Translations under genes and position numbers: made by a program
In this document: one piece after another, positions 26,923-40,962 of the stretch
Layout of the letters: each line of letters begins with the position of its first letter
Position numbering within the stretch: the stretch's first letter is position 1
Notes under the pieces: generated by a model
Seen by the model: the letters and a program-made list of their open reading frames with translations, nothing else
Databases searched by the model: none
What the model was told of the DNA's origin: nothing
From: Ginglymostoma cirratum
Lineage: Eukaryota
Length of the DNA stretch: 64,000 bases
NCBI GenBank assembly: GCA_024137785.1
Contig: JAHRHZ010000018.1
Span: 35,442,166-35,506,165, forward strand
Reading direction: 5' to 3'

Positions 26923-27018
26923 CTGATGTACTTTTGATAAGAATTAGGCTTGTCAGTGAGACTTGGGTCATTAACTATCTGCTGCAACTGGGCACCATTT
27001 ACAGGATACCCGTTACGC
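26923..27018 (-). CDS. Internal exon of the minus-strand gene: (K)RNGYPVNGAQLQQIVNDPSLTDKPNSYQKYI
   Basis: Acceptor ctgatactttgcttgcttacag|G, donor CAG|gtgaac. 96 nt, phase 2 to phase 2, in frame with the next exon across a 220-nt intron. Confidence 0.8.
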
Positions 27019-27819
27019 CTGTAAGCAAGCAAAGTATCAGGAAGGTGCTTCAACATATTAGATTGAAGAATCCTTACTGAGCCATACAGATGGCAAAGTG
27101 TGAAGTAACAAAGAAGAAATGTAAATTACATTTAGTTAATTGTGCAGAAAACAACAAGGTATGGGCGTACGTACGGTATTAAGGGAGAGATGCAAGTGTA
27201 AAAAACAGAAATTGCCTGGAAAAGAATTACCTTAATTTCTCTAAAATAATCTGTAACACTAACTATCTTCGGAGGGAATAAGACTGTACACTTGTAAATT
27301 AAATATTTCAGGGCAGAGATGTTATTCTGTAGTAATTATCACTAAGCCTGTTTTAAAAAGTCAGTTACTCCATCTTGTAGAATCCTATACCTTTTCATCT
27401 GACTTCAGAGTGAGTACATTTATCTTAGGATCATGCATCAAGAGTAATCTCTTAACAGCTTTGATCAACAAAGACTGCATTAATACACTCTGTTGAGGCA
27501 CAAGGTATTATTGACAACAGCTTCTGGATTTCCATCTTCTACTATCAGATGTGCAAACATCCAAGTTTGCTGGCATTGATAGTGAACATTTATATGTTTT
27601 TCATATGATTGGTTGTGAGTTGACTGGGCCAATATGGGCTTAGCCTGAAGCAACCTGATCCCATTTGCCAGTTGACAAATGTGGTAACCTCACAAATAAG
27701 TCTGCTGACCCAGATGTCAATGTGAGGAGAATTAAAAGAGGCTAGGTTGAAAATAAAAACAGAAGTACTTGAAATACTTAGCAGGTCAGGCAGCACTGCT
27801 GCAGAAAAATAAAATTAAT

Positions 27820-28435
27820 AGGTGGAATCTTCTGCTCCCCATGGTGGCTAGCTTGGAGGTGAGAAGGTGGTAGGATGGTGGTGAACCTAACCCTCACCAT
27901 CTTCCTGCCTCTAGCAAAATTAAATTCTGGGTGGGAATACTCAAAGTTGTCCTCCCTGCCCTGCTGCCATGTAATGCCCTTTGAGGTCAATTAATTATGT
28001 CTTGACTGCCTTAGCCTGTCACCAATGAGATTATCCAGTTGCAATCTGGCCTGTTACTATGCAGAATGCATGACATCTGCCACAGTGCAGGCACGTTGGT
28101 GGACGTTTTTTTCCCCAATCAAAGAGATTGGACATTGGCCTGGATGTTCTCCACTGGGAGCCAACCCTCAGACCTTGCTTCTGACTCCACCACCCTATTA
28201 CTTAGCTTTTGTCCTTGGTCCTCAGACTTTGAGAGCACTCATAGCAGCACCTTCAGGCCTCTGACTGTCCGGCAGCTCTTGCTGCATGGGACCTCTGTCT
28301 CTTAAATGCTGATTTGGGGTGTAGGCCCACTGATGGCCTCAACACTGCCTGATTGATGTGTGGCTCAATGGGCCTTCCTTGGAAAAGGTAGCATGGATTT
28401 CTCCACACAGAAGGCATCTTGAAAGATTCTGTCCT
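27820..28435. mobile_element. Non-autonomous DNA transposon (Harbinger-type MITE-like)
   Basis: Imperfect terminal inverted repeats AGGTGGAATCTT ... AAGATTCTGTCCT. Confidence 0.5.
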
Positions 28436-28679
28436 ACCTCTCAAGTCAATGCAAAAATTTTTAAAATGCGTGCACAGAATAAAATGGCATTTTCAAGAAG
28501 GATATGTTAAAAGATAATATAAAATGTTAAATAACTATTCAGACATGGCTTTTCTTAAAAAAAACAGGGTCACTTATTCATGTTATGCTTGTTATAAATT
28601 TTAAGTAAGTAAAGAGATATATGAAAATCTACTTCTGTAAAATATAGTGGTACCTACTTTTGTGAATACAAAAATACAT

Positions 28680-28820
28680 TGAATACAATTAATATAGACT
28701 TGGACATAAATAGGTTGGAATGGGTGGATAAATGGCAGATGGAAATTTTTGCAGAGAAGTGTAAAGTGATACATTTTAGTGAGAAGAATGAGGCTAGGCA
28801 ACAAAAAATAAAGAGCACAA
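28680..28820 (+). mobile_element. CR1 RT fragment
   Basis: Translates as DINRLEWVDKWQMEIFAEKCKVIHF, homologous to DIDKLQSWAERWQMELNAEKCEVIHF in the LINE at 8.7 kb. Confidence 0.8.
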
Positions 28821-28829
28821 TTGTAAACA

Positions 28830-29990
28830 TTAGCTTTACACATTTTCGCTCAACCTGGATGCTGACAGCATCCTTGCCTTGCCTTTCCTAGACCTGCCAT
28901 TTTGGGATATGTCCCATCAGCTGGAGCTACCAGATTCTCAGTACTTCTGTTTTGCCTTGCCATTGAGTGCAGACACAAGGTCTGGAAGCTTGTCATTGTT
29001 ATCAGAAGTCCTCACTCAAGACACCTTTCAGTCAGGGAGTCCTGACACACTATGACAAGGATAGCCTACAATACCAGCCCAGCAGCTCAGACACTGTCCG
29101 TCAACTGCACAAGTGATCGGAGTCCGCTTTCTCTCCTTGCAGCAAATGAGGAGCCAGGTGTCAGGCAGTTCACCACCCATCTTGGCTTTTCTCTGCCTTA
29201 TTGTGTTTGTTTTCTTCTGCAGTGAGTGGTGTTAAGGCTGCTGATGTAGTTGTCACAGTTGTTAGTGCTGCCGGTGCAGGTCTGGGAAAGATGGTGAAGT
29301 TTTCTGAGAGAGTGAGAGGCAGTGCATAGGGAACATAGGCTAAGGGGAGATGTGGGTTTTGGGTGGGTGAAAGTGGGTGCAGAAAATGTTGCATGTAATA
29401 GAGAGAGGAGTAGAGTATGAACTGGGGTGGAAAATGAGTGCAGTAGCAGAGATTGAGTGACAGTGTGAGGCTCCAGAGAGAAGATGGTGGCAGTTAAACT
29501 GACCGAGCGCAGGAAGTCATTAGGCATTTTCCTTCACTGTCAGGCATTCCTCCAGATGGTTGAGACTGCAATCACCAAATAGCAACCTTGGACAAAGCTG
29601 CCAGGGTCTGATAGTATGGCTGATCCTGGGGGAAGAGGACATTCCGCTCTGTGTATCACCCTGTCCGTCAGGACCCGCAGGTACCCTTCCTCCTCAAGTG
29701 TGGTGCCAGTTTCCTCTTATTTCCCATGTCTGAGGAAAATATCATGAGCCATAGAGAACAGCTTCAGACTGACAGTGTGTGACTAGGTGCACAATGGACT
29801 TTTAAAAATGGCATGGGCACCAAGGATGCCAGTCAGTTCCAGGATATTGTGTCAATGCCAGGATACCCTGGCACTGGGGAATTTTTCTGGGATGGTGGCA
29901 TCCAGCTAGCATTGGACGAGAGGGGTGCCTTAGGGGCATAGGTAATTAATGAAGCACGTTCAGGATGATAGCTAAGGTTTTGGGAGAGGA
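28830..29990 (-). mobile_element. Harbinger transposon relic with a pseudogenised Myb/SANT-like ORF (about 29490-29730)
   Basis: With frameshifts and stops the minus strand reads MGNKRKLAPH..LRVLTDRVI..RNVLFPQD..QTLAALSKVA..AVSTIWRNA*Q*RKMPNDFLRS, the pattern of the Harbinger/NAIF1-type Myb/SANT domain. Confidence 0.65.
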
Positions 29991-30603
29991 ACTGATGCTT
30001 TGTCAAAATATGACACAATTTAGTCCTAAGTTTCAGAGGAAGCTGGCAGGATGTCAAACTTTTTTCCAGAGAAGCAGCAGCTGTTTTCCCCTCATGTACC
30101 CAGACTGTGTAGCCTCTGCCATCCTTTGCCCAAGCTGCACCTTTAATGGTGGAAGTACCCATTTGTATACATTGTGTTTAAGTTACTTCCCCTTAATTAC
30201 ACAAACTTTATCAGGGTCAATAACAGGAACTACCATCTTCAATCAAAGACTCAGACTTTTCGATTTATTCCTGCTACCACCTACTGTGCGTCTCAAAGAC
30301 ATGAGGAGGGGATAATGCAAGGAACACGAGTGAACCATGAAAAGTATTCTGATCTCAGCCTTGTGAGCAGGGCAAAATCAATGGCTCCAATTGGTTAATC
30401 AATCACCAGCCAATGTCATCTGAACTTTCCACTGAAGTAATAAAGTAGAGCTTATTTTTCCTCCAAACTTGAACATAAGATGTAAGAAGTTTTGTTGCTG
30501 GAGCTTGTATTTTACCAGGCTGTTGTTTTGTGGATTAATTTACAATTGTCCAAAACATCTCTTTGTCTTTTATATTTTAATGATATAAAACCACATGGTT
30601 TGA

Positions 30604-30954
30604 TTTATTTTTGTTCATTGACAGGATGAGGGTGTCACTGGCTAGGCAACATTTTTTGCCCATCCCTAATTGCCCAGAGGGCAGTTAATAGTCAACCACA
30701 TTCCCGTGGGTCTGGCATCACATCTAGGCCAGACCAGATAAGGATGGCAGTTTCTTTCCCTAAAGGACAGTAGTGAACCAGATGGGTTTTTCCAACAATC
30801 GATTCATGGTCATCATTAGACTCTTAATTCCATATATTTTATTGATTTCAAATTCTACCATCTGCTGTGGTGGGATTTGAGCCCAGGTCCCCAGAACATT
30901 ATCTGGGTCTGTAGATTAACAGTCTAGCAATAATATCACTAGGCCATTGCCTCC
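30604..30954 (-). mobile_element. Full-length tRNA-derived SINE with a CR1-type tail
   Basis: Minus strand starts GGAGGCAATGGCCTAGTGATATTAT (A-box region) and has GGGCTCAAATCCC (B box). The tail GGGCAATTAGGGATGGGC...GCCAGTGACACC is shared with the CR1 3' fragments. Same family as 52708-53025. Confidence 0.85.
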
Positions 30955-32985
30955 CCAGATCTTCACTATGTTTCAATGACAGTCTTACCAACATTAGGTG
31001 ACAGACATTGGTAGGTTTCAGGGTTGGCTCGGCAACACTCTCTTGACAACTTTAAATACAGGAGACCTGTTGAAAATACACTTGTAAGATTTGTGGGCCA
31101 GGATTGTAGGAGATTAAGGAGAAGACAACACAACACAAAGGGAAAAATGGGATTTATATTTTTAATCCATACAGCTATCAGTGTTTTTTTAACAATGAGA
31201 ATTACTGTGAATATATTTTAAAGTATACGACATGTAGGAGAAGATAGTTTAAGGCAGTCATTGTTTATTTAAAAACAGTAAGAGGACCCTGGAGCTGTGA
31301 GGTATATACTGAGGTCTGTTAGGAACCAAATTGTATGGGTGATTACTGTAAATCTTTTTATTTTGATTTGCCCATAATTTAGTGTAATTTAGGGCCATGA
31401 AATTTCTTATTGCAAATGCTTTCACATTTAACGGCTCTAAGCAACCATGAAAATGTAAGACTTGCAAAAATTGCCAGGATTGGCCTTCAGAGTCCCAAAG
31501 TGGCATTTCTATAATAAGCAAATAAACACAACAAAATAAGCATGTTTTACTTCAGTGAATTCAAGGGATATTTCCAAAGAAATAAATATTGGTTTTGACT
31601 TTCTTGCACATGAGTTTTTTTTTATTTATTTTAACCTCGGCCACGATAATTACATTTCAGTAGTGGAAAATATTCCATTGCACTCTGCACAGGGAAAAAT
31701 AAACTATTAACCAATCCGATACACATTCACTGAGAGCAATTTTTAGTTTGAAAATCCTGTTTAAACATTTTGCTTAGGTTTATTTAGTATAGCTTTTACA
31801 GTATACGGCACTTCTGCAGTTTAAGATCTAAACACCTGGAACTTAATTTTCAGCACACTCAAAATTAATCTAGTCTTTTCAGTTTATGCAATAGTAGCTT
31901 GAATAGAGGAATTAATGTATATTACACTTCAACTGTATCTTGAGAAAACGGGGCTTCTTTGCATTGTGTACAATTATTTTTCATTTACCAGGGATCTCTA
32001 ATAACTACTGCAAGAAATTGGGTGTTTTGAGTATATGTTCGTGGCAGGCATGTAGCTGCTTGTGGTCTGGTAGGCCTGTCCATGCACTGGATTGAATTTG
32101 ATATTAAATTTCTGTGGAAGTGTTAGAGGCTTCAAAATGCTGTGCTGCAATACACCATTCTGAAATAAATGTGACTTGCTTTCCTTCGTTGGAAGTCTTG
32201 AAACAAATCTAGTGCTAGAATTGCTATCAGTGAGTAAGCTGCATTATATTTATTTTTAATGTGAAAAGTGCTCAAACCATCTAAAAATAAACAGATGCAT
32301 AGCAGTTCATTAGACTGCCTGCTTCGACTGATTTTCCCATTGATTAGTCTCAGTACTAATGCCTGCTCATTCCTCACTTCATAACTAATTAACGTCAGTG
32401 CCTTTCTGACTGGTTGACTAGTTTCAAGATCTCGGAGCATGTGTGAATTTATATGGACAGATATGGCAAATATAGTCTGACTACATTACATTAAAGAATT
32501 CCACTTAGCCACTAGAGAATTTTAACCCTAAAATTCATAGAATATCACAACAAAAATTACTTCGGGATTCTTTAAAAAGTTAACAATGTACATTTGTGGT
32601 ATTTACCATATTTGTGTTTTTTGAGTTGAGTAATGTATTTTTGAGAACTATCACTCATTCTGCATATGTGGAGTCCAGAAAAAAATAGTTTATTGGTCCA
32701 TAAGAAAACTAATAATGTGGGTAAGGAAAACATACCAAATCCTTGCTTTTAAATTCTAATTCAAAGGAGCAAGTATTTTGTCCCCTGTTTGATTTTTATT
32801 TCCTCCCGTTGCCAATTTTCTCTTATCCTGGACTCTGCTTGGTAGTGTTTACTCTGTTTGGGCTTGATTGCGAGTTCTAGTAGCTTGTGTAATTACTGGC
32901 CATTTTTTAAGTACGTATCTAGATTGTAAATGTGAACATGCGACGGAGTGCAGTGATGATGAGCCCTGATTCTGCACGCTGCTAA

Positions 32986-33655
32986 GGCAGAATCTTATTC
33001 AAGCATCTGCTCTGCTGGTTGGAAAGTGAGTGAGAGACTCAGGCTTCTTTACAGGACGTCCCATCAAGTCAATTGCCAACCGGAAGTGCCAAGGCAACCT
33101 GTAGGTCTTCCCCACAATTGGAAACTGGCTCAGCAGCATCACAGGGGGAGGCTGTGACTGCTGCTGGGAACACAACCACCAAAATCCCAGACTGACCCAC
33201 AACAAGTGGGAGTGGGTGGGAGGGGAGGGGGTCAGATTTTTGCAAGATCAGAATTTTTGGGGGAAAGGAGAGCAGAGAGGTCAAAGGTCGAGGGGGCGGC
33301 TTTTAGTGGAACCCAGTTTCCTGAAATGCTGAGAGTACTCTTGATGGAGAGGGCACTCCAACCCTGCACACTGGAGGTGACAAGCTAGCCATGGTCTCAG
33401 CCACTATACATGCAACATTGTGACAGGCCCATCTTCAGCTGAGTTAATCCCAAAACCGTGGGATTCAACCTTTAAGTAATCGATAATTGGCAGTTAAGGG
33501 CCTCCAATAGTGGCAGGGTTCAAAGGCTTGCTGCCCTGAATCTAATTTCAGCAGAGGCGGGCAGGTAGCAGGATACAGGTACACCACTGTCAGTCTAATT
33601 AAATACCTTCCTACCGCTAGGCCTTGGCACCAATGGGAGCAGAAGATTCTATTCC
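32986..33655. mobile_element. Non-autonomous DNA transposon (Harbinger-type MITE-like)
   Basis: Imperfect terminal inverted repeats GGCAGAATCTT ... AAGATTCTATTCC. GC-richer interior similar to 27820-28435. Confidence 0.5.
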
Positions 33656-33767
33656 TGATGTCCACATGCCAGCGTGGGTTAATGAATAGCATAAATGCTG
33701 AAGCAATGGGATATAGCTTTTGCATCACTTGCTAAGTGTTACTGATCTCATCATCTGAGAAACTGAC

Positions 33768-33903
33768 TTTATAATTTTAATTGGCCTTGTTTTCTTGTGG
33801 AAACATAAGTTGTTTGACCGAGCAATAAATGCTCCTGTTACAGTACAAATTTTAGGTGAATTCGATGCTTGTGGTGTTGGACGTTTTGTTTGAAATTCCT
33901 CAT
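33768..33903 (-). CDS. Internal exon of the minus-strand gene: (Y)EEFQTKRPTPQASNSPKICTVTGAFIARSNNLCFHKKTRPIKII
   Basis: Acceptor tttgtatttccag|AT, donor AAA|gtcagt. 136 nt, phase 1 to phase 2, which is exactly what is needed to join the 40963 and 27018 junctions. The donor position is less certain than the acceptor. Confidence 0.7.
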
Positions 33904-36249
33904 CTGGAAATACAAACTTCAAATTTCGCATGCTTCCCTTGCCACAGCAGAGCTTCCATGTTGTTAAAAATGGGAGCCTTAGTGGTGAAATAGATAATTC
34001 TAGTGTAACTTCTGGAGCCAGCACATATTCATGATATGTATTTTAAATGCCTCTAATGGCATGAATCTGATCAATGTGATTGGGAGTGCATGGCTGTGCA
34101 CTCCCATGTGAAATGAGACACACATTTCCCCTTAACATGAAGTTTGTCTAGTTGCACCTAAGTACAGAAGGGAAAATAGATTACAACTAAAGAAACATGG
34201 CCAATGTGTGTGAGGCAACATAGTGCAATGTATTTTATTCACTCAATCATCCTATCAATAATGCTGGGGACTGATGAGAGATTTGTCATATTAGTTCAAT
34301 GGTATCATTTTACCCATAGCTAATATTTATATACTTCATGCCGATATTACCATAATGCAAGTTCAGAATTTTAAGTAAATGTTAATGTTCAACTACTGAG
34401 TCATTATTTGGGAGTGCAACTGAAAGAAAGTATTTTAAGTTCTTAAAATCATTATTACAATTTAATGACACTCTGTTTGAAAACATAGAAAGAATGTATG
34501 TCCTGATTTTTGTATTAGTACCCACTGTATAAGTGTTTTATAGAATCTCAGAAGGAGATCGTTCAGCCCATTATGTGTGTCCAGTTCTTTGAAAGAGATA
34601 CCAATTAGCCTCACCTTCCTTTTTTTTATGATAGCTCTCTAAATCTTTCCTTTCTCAATATATATCTCGCCATCTTTTGAAAATTTAGTGGCAAACTAAA
34701 ATTTAGAAGCTTAATTATTAATTAACGAGTCAACTAATTATTGTCCCAAATGTTTCGGTATTCGATTATACCCATTGGCTTATGAGTAAATGAGGTCCAG
34801 TGACTCCAATCCAATCTGAACGAATGGAGATACATGATGAGTTCAGAAACTGCAGCATTATTCTTCCAAGCAGAACAACTGAGAATATACGAGCACTAAA
34901 CGTTTAAAAAAAAGTTCCCCTTTATACAGATTAAAACGACCAAGTTGATAATGGTGAAAACATGGTTGTGTTTGGGTATTATAGCCATTTTCATCCCTAA
35001 GGTGCTCATTATCAGCTTGAGTGATATGGTCATAGTGCACTCTAGCATGATGATGATGCTACATTTCAGTGATCAACCATGAAACTTGCGCCAGGAATAC
35101 GGTTAGGAATAGTTCCAGGCCAATTAAATAAACAAATCGTAAAGTGAATAGTTGAAAGGCTTAATATAGATGAACGTTGCCATGTTTTAATCTGTAATTT
35201 GTTTGTTCTTTTCCCCTTTGCAACTGTATGGTTCTTCATCTTCATTAGGTAATTAAAGACTAAGATGTAATTTTTTTTTCCATTGAGGAGCTAGTAGCCA
35301 AAATATTACTTCGTTTGGTGAAGGTAGTAAGCTAAATATATATTTTAAGATTTTAGAAGGACTAGTATCTTATTTTGAGCTCTGCAGTATTGCTTTCCTT
35401 GTTGAATTCTATTCTTTACCACATTACCTCACCACATTAGCACTTGCATCTCCCTCAGATGGCATTCTGTTTCCATTCCATTCACAGTGGCCAAGGATCG
35501 TATCACATAGGCACTTAGAAATACAATGCGCACTACCCCTGAGAACACAATTGCTTTCACAGTCAAAAGTATTGATCAGCTCTATTTCTGGTTTTCCATT
35601 CAGTCAGAGCTTTTGCTAGGAGTTGTTTCTTTTTCATTGGGGAGGGAAGATTTAAATAAAAATTGGATGACCCTTCTTACTCCCACCTCCCCATCTGCAA
35701 TTGCTTTAATGCTATTCTCAACAGATTGAGTTGCCATTGTTGATGTGTTTTGTAATCTGTCAATGCTGACATTATCAGGTACAATATTTATCTATATCAT
35801 TGAAAATTAGATTTTTTTTAGAATTTGTTAAACATTTTTATTTTGTTACTATAGAGTATTACAATTTTTTTTATTATTTTAGTTTTAGTTGAAAAACATA
35901 ATTTGTGTGCTGCTTTAGTGAGAGAAAGAAACAGCATTGAGCGCATAAGAGGTGATGACAGTGTGCAATATTAAATGGAATGGTATGCAGGTTGGCTATT
36001 ATAATAAGAAAATTCAGGTCAAAATGTATATTATATGATGGGTACTGGGTACAGTTCAATTTCAATTGTTGACCATGAGAGGTTTACAGAGGTCAAGCGC
36101 AAAGAATTCTTTCCACCATCTGCTTTCACTATCCAAATTGACATTGTTTTTGCTGCTTTCTTCTAGAAAGTAGATGTTGCTTTTTGTTTTTCTCATGGGG
36201 AAATTATCTTATTAGATAAATGAGCATGTTGTGACTTGAGAAGCTGGAA

Positions 36250-36972
36250 ACCATCTTAGGTCAGTGGAGATAAAGATGGCGGGTAAGTGGGACTTGGTGT
36301 GGGATACAATACTGGCAGTAGAGGTTTCAATGAATTGAAGTTTTCAAAGGATGTGTAATGGAAGGCAAGGGATGGACACATTAAAATAGTTGAAGCTGGA
36401 GCTAACAAATATTTAGATGAGGGTGTCAGGTAACAAATGAGTTGAGGTTGCGACAAGCATTCCACTGCTTGGCGAGGGTTGGAATCCTGATCGGAGAAAT
36501 TGAAACCTGATTTCAGGAAAGATGGGAAAAGACATGCGGAAGGACTTTGGAGTGGAAAGGGAGTTTGAATATCAATAGCTTATAAAGGTAGAAAGTATCA
36601 AACTGTATTTTGAGGCAAGGAGTGATGTTGGCAGTCTTGAAATATAAGACGGCAGTGCCTGAGGAGGTGGAACCATTTACAATATCTGACATCAGCATCA
36701 GAAACAGAAATTAATTGTGAATGGGGTCAAGTGCAAAAGAGATAGAACTCTCGTAGACATGATGAGGCCAAAGAGAACCTGGGAAGGATGGGAGGGAAAC
36801 CAGAGGAATATAAAGGCTCAATTCTTATAGAGAAGTTTCTCAAGCCTAATGTTTTGGTTGCTTGCCCTACTGATGTGGCTCAGTGTCAAACTTTGTTCTC
36901 GAACTTTTCAATGAAGGGATTTGCTATGTTTTATTATGTTAAAGATGCTACATAAGTACAAATTGTTGTTTG
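36250..36972. mobile_element. L2-clade LINE fragments (RT region on the minus strand, L2-type 3' tail at about 36870-36972 on the plus strand)
   Basis: ORF 36513-36698 (SDIVNGSTSSG...FKTANITPCLK...KLPFHSKVL) matches the L2 RT N-terminal pattern IVNxSLSSG..FKxAxITPLLK..NLPFLSKVLE. Tail ATGTTAAAGATGCTACATAAGTACAAATTGTTG. Confidence 0.7.
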
Positions 36973-39900
36973 CATTGTGTTACAAAATGTGGAGAAACCT
37001 ACAGATCTAGCTTGAACACAGCAATTGTCATATCCAGTTCTAAGATTATAATTTGTACAGTATAAAGTCTGAAATGGTGATGGCCATGTTCTTCATGGAT
37101 TTGGCTATTCTGAGCTCATTCTGTTTGATTCAAAATGGGCTTCAAAGGTACACAGTGCAAAAACATGTTACGTTTCTGTTACTTTAGATTAGGAACACAC
37201 TCTGAAACTGGCTGTGCAGCTCACAACAAAGGTGTGATCATTATATTTGGAGCTGTACTGTACAATGTGACAGCTCAAGCTGGTGTAAGACAGTTTCCTG
37301 GAGGAGATCAAACTCTACATTCCTTTTCACATTGTGAGTTTGTTAATCTTATAACTTTACTACCACTTTCACATTACCAAATAACTAAGTCACAGTATAA
37401 ACATACCTTTAAACTGACTGTCTTCTGCAGCTGAACTGGAACAGATGTTCGAAGAACTCTTAATTGATGAGATTTGGTTAATGTTCAGCCAGAGACCCTG
37501 TGCATCATTACTGGAGGTGTTACTTTTCCATTGATGACACAAGTCCAATCCATGTCTTATGAATGTAGAATTTATAATAGGCATTCATTTTTTTCACTAA
37601 TTGTTACGAAGCATTTTATTAATAGCAGCTTTAGCCATTAAATTACATTTCAATAACAGGTTTTTCACTATTCTTGAGTTCAGCAGGTATAAGCACTTAT
37701 ATAAATGTATCTGTTTAGATAATGGTCATCTTTCATATAACTACTTGGTGACAAAGATTATCTTGAATCTCACATAAAGCTTTATAATGAATTGATTGTC
37801 ACCTCCCTGAGCTGTTGACTTCTGCCGACGATGTTAAAGCAAGGTTTTAGATAAATGCCATGCATATTCTAACAGGGAAATGGGGAAGCATCAGAGTAAC
37901 AATCATGAACTACATTTTGTATGTTGTGCAAATTGTTTCAACGCCAGTAATCGCTTGTAGTTGCTGTTTGTGGAACACTATCATTTACTATGGTGACAAG
38001 GATCAGCTTGGGGACATATGACCTTACCTTGGATTTGATTTTCTATATTTCCAGATTAGCACCTTGTCTTAGTTTTTTGGTGATGATTACATTCAGATTG
38101 GGATCCCATCAGTTGAATAACTGTGGTTGTGAGCTGCGGTTTCGCATATTGATTTATCCTGTGCTCACACTAGGATTCGTAACTGTTACTTTTCTGATAC
38201 TAATGCACATTGTAATGGAGTGATAGTTTGTGTTGATTTTCCAAAATGACTGATAACCAGAAATGACAAATAATAGCTCGAATGTTTTGCAACAACTTTG
38301 ATCTTTGCAATCTCTTTCACAGTGGGGTTTGGTGAAGTTGTGGTGGTGGAGCAGGTTGAAATTCCAAACCATTATTTCTACATATAATGGAATGTAAGAG
38401 CAATGGGTTAAAGAATGTGAAGTAACCCTAATACCAAATCAGAAGTTAAAAATCTGATCCATACTCATGGATGAAGGTTTTGATAGAGGCCGATCCCTTC
38501 TCTCAAGTAATATGGGAGGAGACACTTTGATATTAGCCCATTAATTCTTTTATTTTTCATGACTTTGCAGAAATGTTTGCGCTTCTTTAAATTTTTGTTT
38601 GCATTAATATTAATTGGATCGCCTTCCTGTTTCAATTGCATTTGACAGGGCAGAAATTATGATCAAAATTGCACGAATTTTCTGATTTTGAATCTTTTCC
38701 TCCAGTTTCCTTTAAACTTATTGGTGAATCATAAAATAGAGCAACCAAGCCATGTTTAAGTGTGTAATTTTCTTTATTTGCATTTGATATATTTTGTATG
38801 GGCAGTTCAAAATGGGTTTATCACAAAAAAAAACAGGCCACAACACTCAATGCCAATGTTTTGTCAGCCATACTAAACACTATTCTATGTAGTTCAGTAG
38901 TGTGGGAACTGGGAGTCCCTCAAGTAAACAATGTAGGCATTTTGTGACATCAGTTAGCATACAATGCTGACTTAACTCAAGCAGTGCCATTTTCAAATCA
39001 AACATTCTAGCTAATGTTCTCTTTTAACCTTACATGGCTGAGCATGTGTTCAGTAGCAGGAATGACTCCCCTGTTTAAAGGGACCATCAGTTTACCAGCT
39101 GATTAATTTTTGCTGTTTGATGCTCAGTGAGTACAAGTGCATTGAAATTTATACTCTACCTAAGTTTACAGGGAGTGTTGTGGCATCTATTGGAGGCCTT
39201 GGTCTGATTTCAAGAGTTCTGCTCAGGCCACCAGTTATGTGAATGCAGCATTTTCTATTCCTGTTGGGTTACATCATAAGGAGAATGAGCAGAAGTGAAT
39301 CAGAAAAGGAAATGCTGGGGAAAGTAACAAGAAGGAAAGGGAGAAATGCTATCAACAGGAGGCTATATCCATGCAGAGCCTTTAGGGTGCAATTTGCAAC
39401 TTCAGTGAGGAGCGGCATGTTCAATGCCTCTGTTTCAGAAGGAAGCACTCACTGAAATCTCCCACCTGTTACAAGGAAACCCACAACTTCAGAGCAGGGT
39501 GAAGGTGACATTGCTGGTGGCGGTGAAGATGACAGCATTTTTCTGCATTACATTTTTCCCATTGGGCTCCTTGCAAACTGCAGCAAATGACATCTCCATC
39601 ATCCCACAGTGCATCATGCATTGTGGTAGAAGAGAGGCCACTAATGCTGAACATGGGGGCAGGTCAGAGTATGTCACATCCTTTCCTTGAGATTAGATAG
39701 TGACTCATTTATAAGGAAATGATATGTGAAAGCATATTCATGGACTTTGACCATTTTTTTGTGAGATCATCAAACTTTTCTGTAGCCCTCCATCCAGCTG
39801 TCTACTCCCAATGCCTTCAAAGATTTCTCCGTGATTAGAGCATCCCTGTCCTTCAGTGTTTACTCAGAGAACTTTGCATGTTCTTCCTGCCTGGACACAT

Positions 39901-40962
39901 TCTCTCAGCAAAAAGGCACATGTTTAAGAAGGATGATCTAGTTTTGAGTGCTCCTAGCCTTTAGCAACATTGCACCCTCTATTTAGGTGTGTATCCACTT
40001 AGCAGCATAGTTAATACAGTGTACCTACTAGAGTCAAGCAATGTACAGAGTGCAGAGTTTCTGTTTGTATACATCGGAAATCACTGAGCTGAATTAATTG
40101 TGTGTCACAATTTCCATGCCCACTTACCAAACCTGGGTCTTCACACCAATTGTGAGGGGGGTGGGGGGAGATGTGGAGGATAGAGTTAGGCCCCATCACC
40201 CTGAATACTGAACTTAAATGGCCACAGGTGCTGAGGTGGGCTGTTTAAAAGGCTGATCTCAGATCCCCGGGACTTTTTCGCAGTGAATGTATTAAATATT
40301 ATGCTCTATAACTTCACCCCACACTTCCCACCCAGTCCACATATCCCACTGACGTAGCACATACTAATCCATGTCCCTGTTCACTTCCGTTGACCTCTTA
40401 AGTCGTCCATGCCATCACTTATATCTGTAAGGATTGCTCACATTCTTCACAACATTCACCTTAAGACCCTAGGAACCATTTTGAGATTAAACAAAATAAA
40501 GTTCTGAATACATCATAGAGTTACGATATAAAAAGTCCCATTTATCAAAGCCAATTCAAAGCATATAAACTCCCTCAATTATTTAATCCCTTTCAAAATC
40601 ACATGTAATTGTACTCATAACTCTACGTCAAAGACTTGTCATCCTTAAATAACCTCTTTGAGATGTCATTCAAACTAGAATTTAGGATTCCCTTTGAGAT
40701 AATGAGGTTTATGGAAAGCAGCTAAACAATAATAATTACATAGTGATAACCATTGGGAAAGTGTCAACAAGCATAGTTACTAGCAGAGACTTTTCAAGCT
40801 TTTTTCATTTTTCCAGAGCTGTGGATTTAACTACCTTCACAGCTTTGACTTTGTAGAACTCTGACTGTTGCATGCAGATTGTTGTTATAATGTAAGAGCT
40901 GGAAATTTCAATAAAAAGTCTTGACAGTTCTACAGACTTACCTGCTCTTCAAGAGCACTTAC

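Noticed and set aside
26441-26971. 176-aa minus-strand ORF as a single-exon gene
   Set aside because: It is read-through of a pyrimidine-rich intron into the exon at 26702-26530. The upstream exon uses a different frame.
31346-31508. Minus-strand exon candidate (EMPLWDSEGQSWQFLQ...)
   Set aside because: The acceptor is good, but the open frame needs a phase-1 entry and has no convincing phase-2 donor, so it does not fit between the flanking exons.
37407-37555. Minus-strand exon candidate with donor AAG|gtatgt
   Set aside because: The long open frame needs a phase-2 start, but the upstream exon ends in phase 1, and the model is complete without it. It remains possible as a minor or alternative exon.
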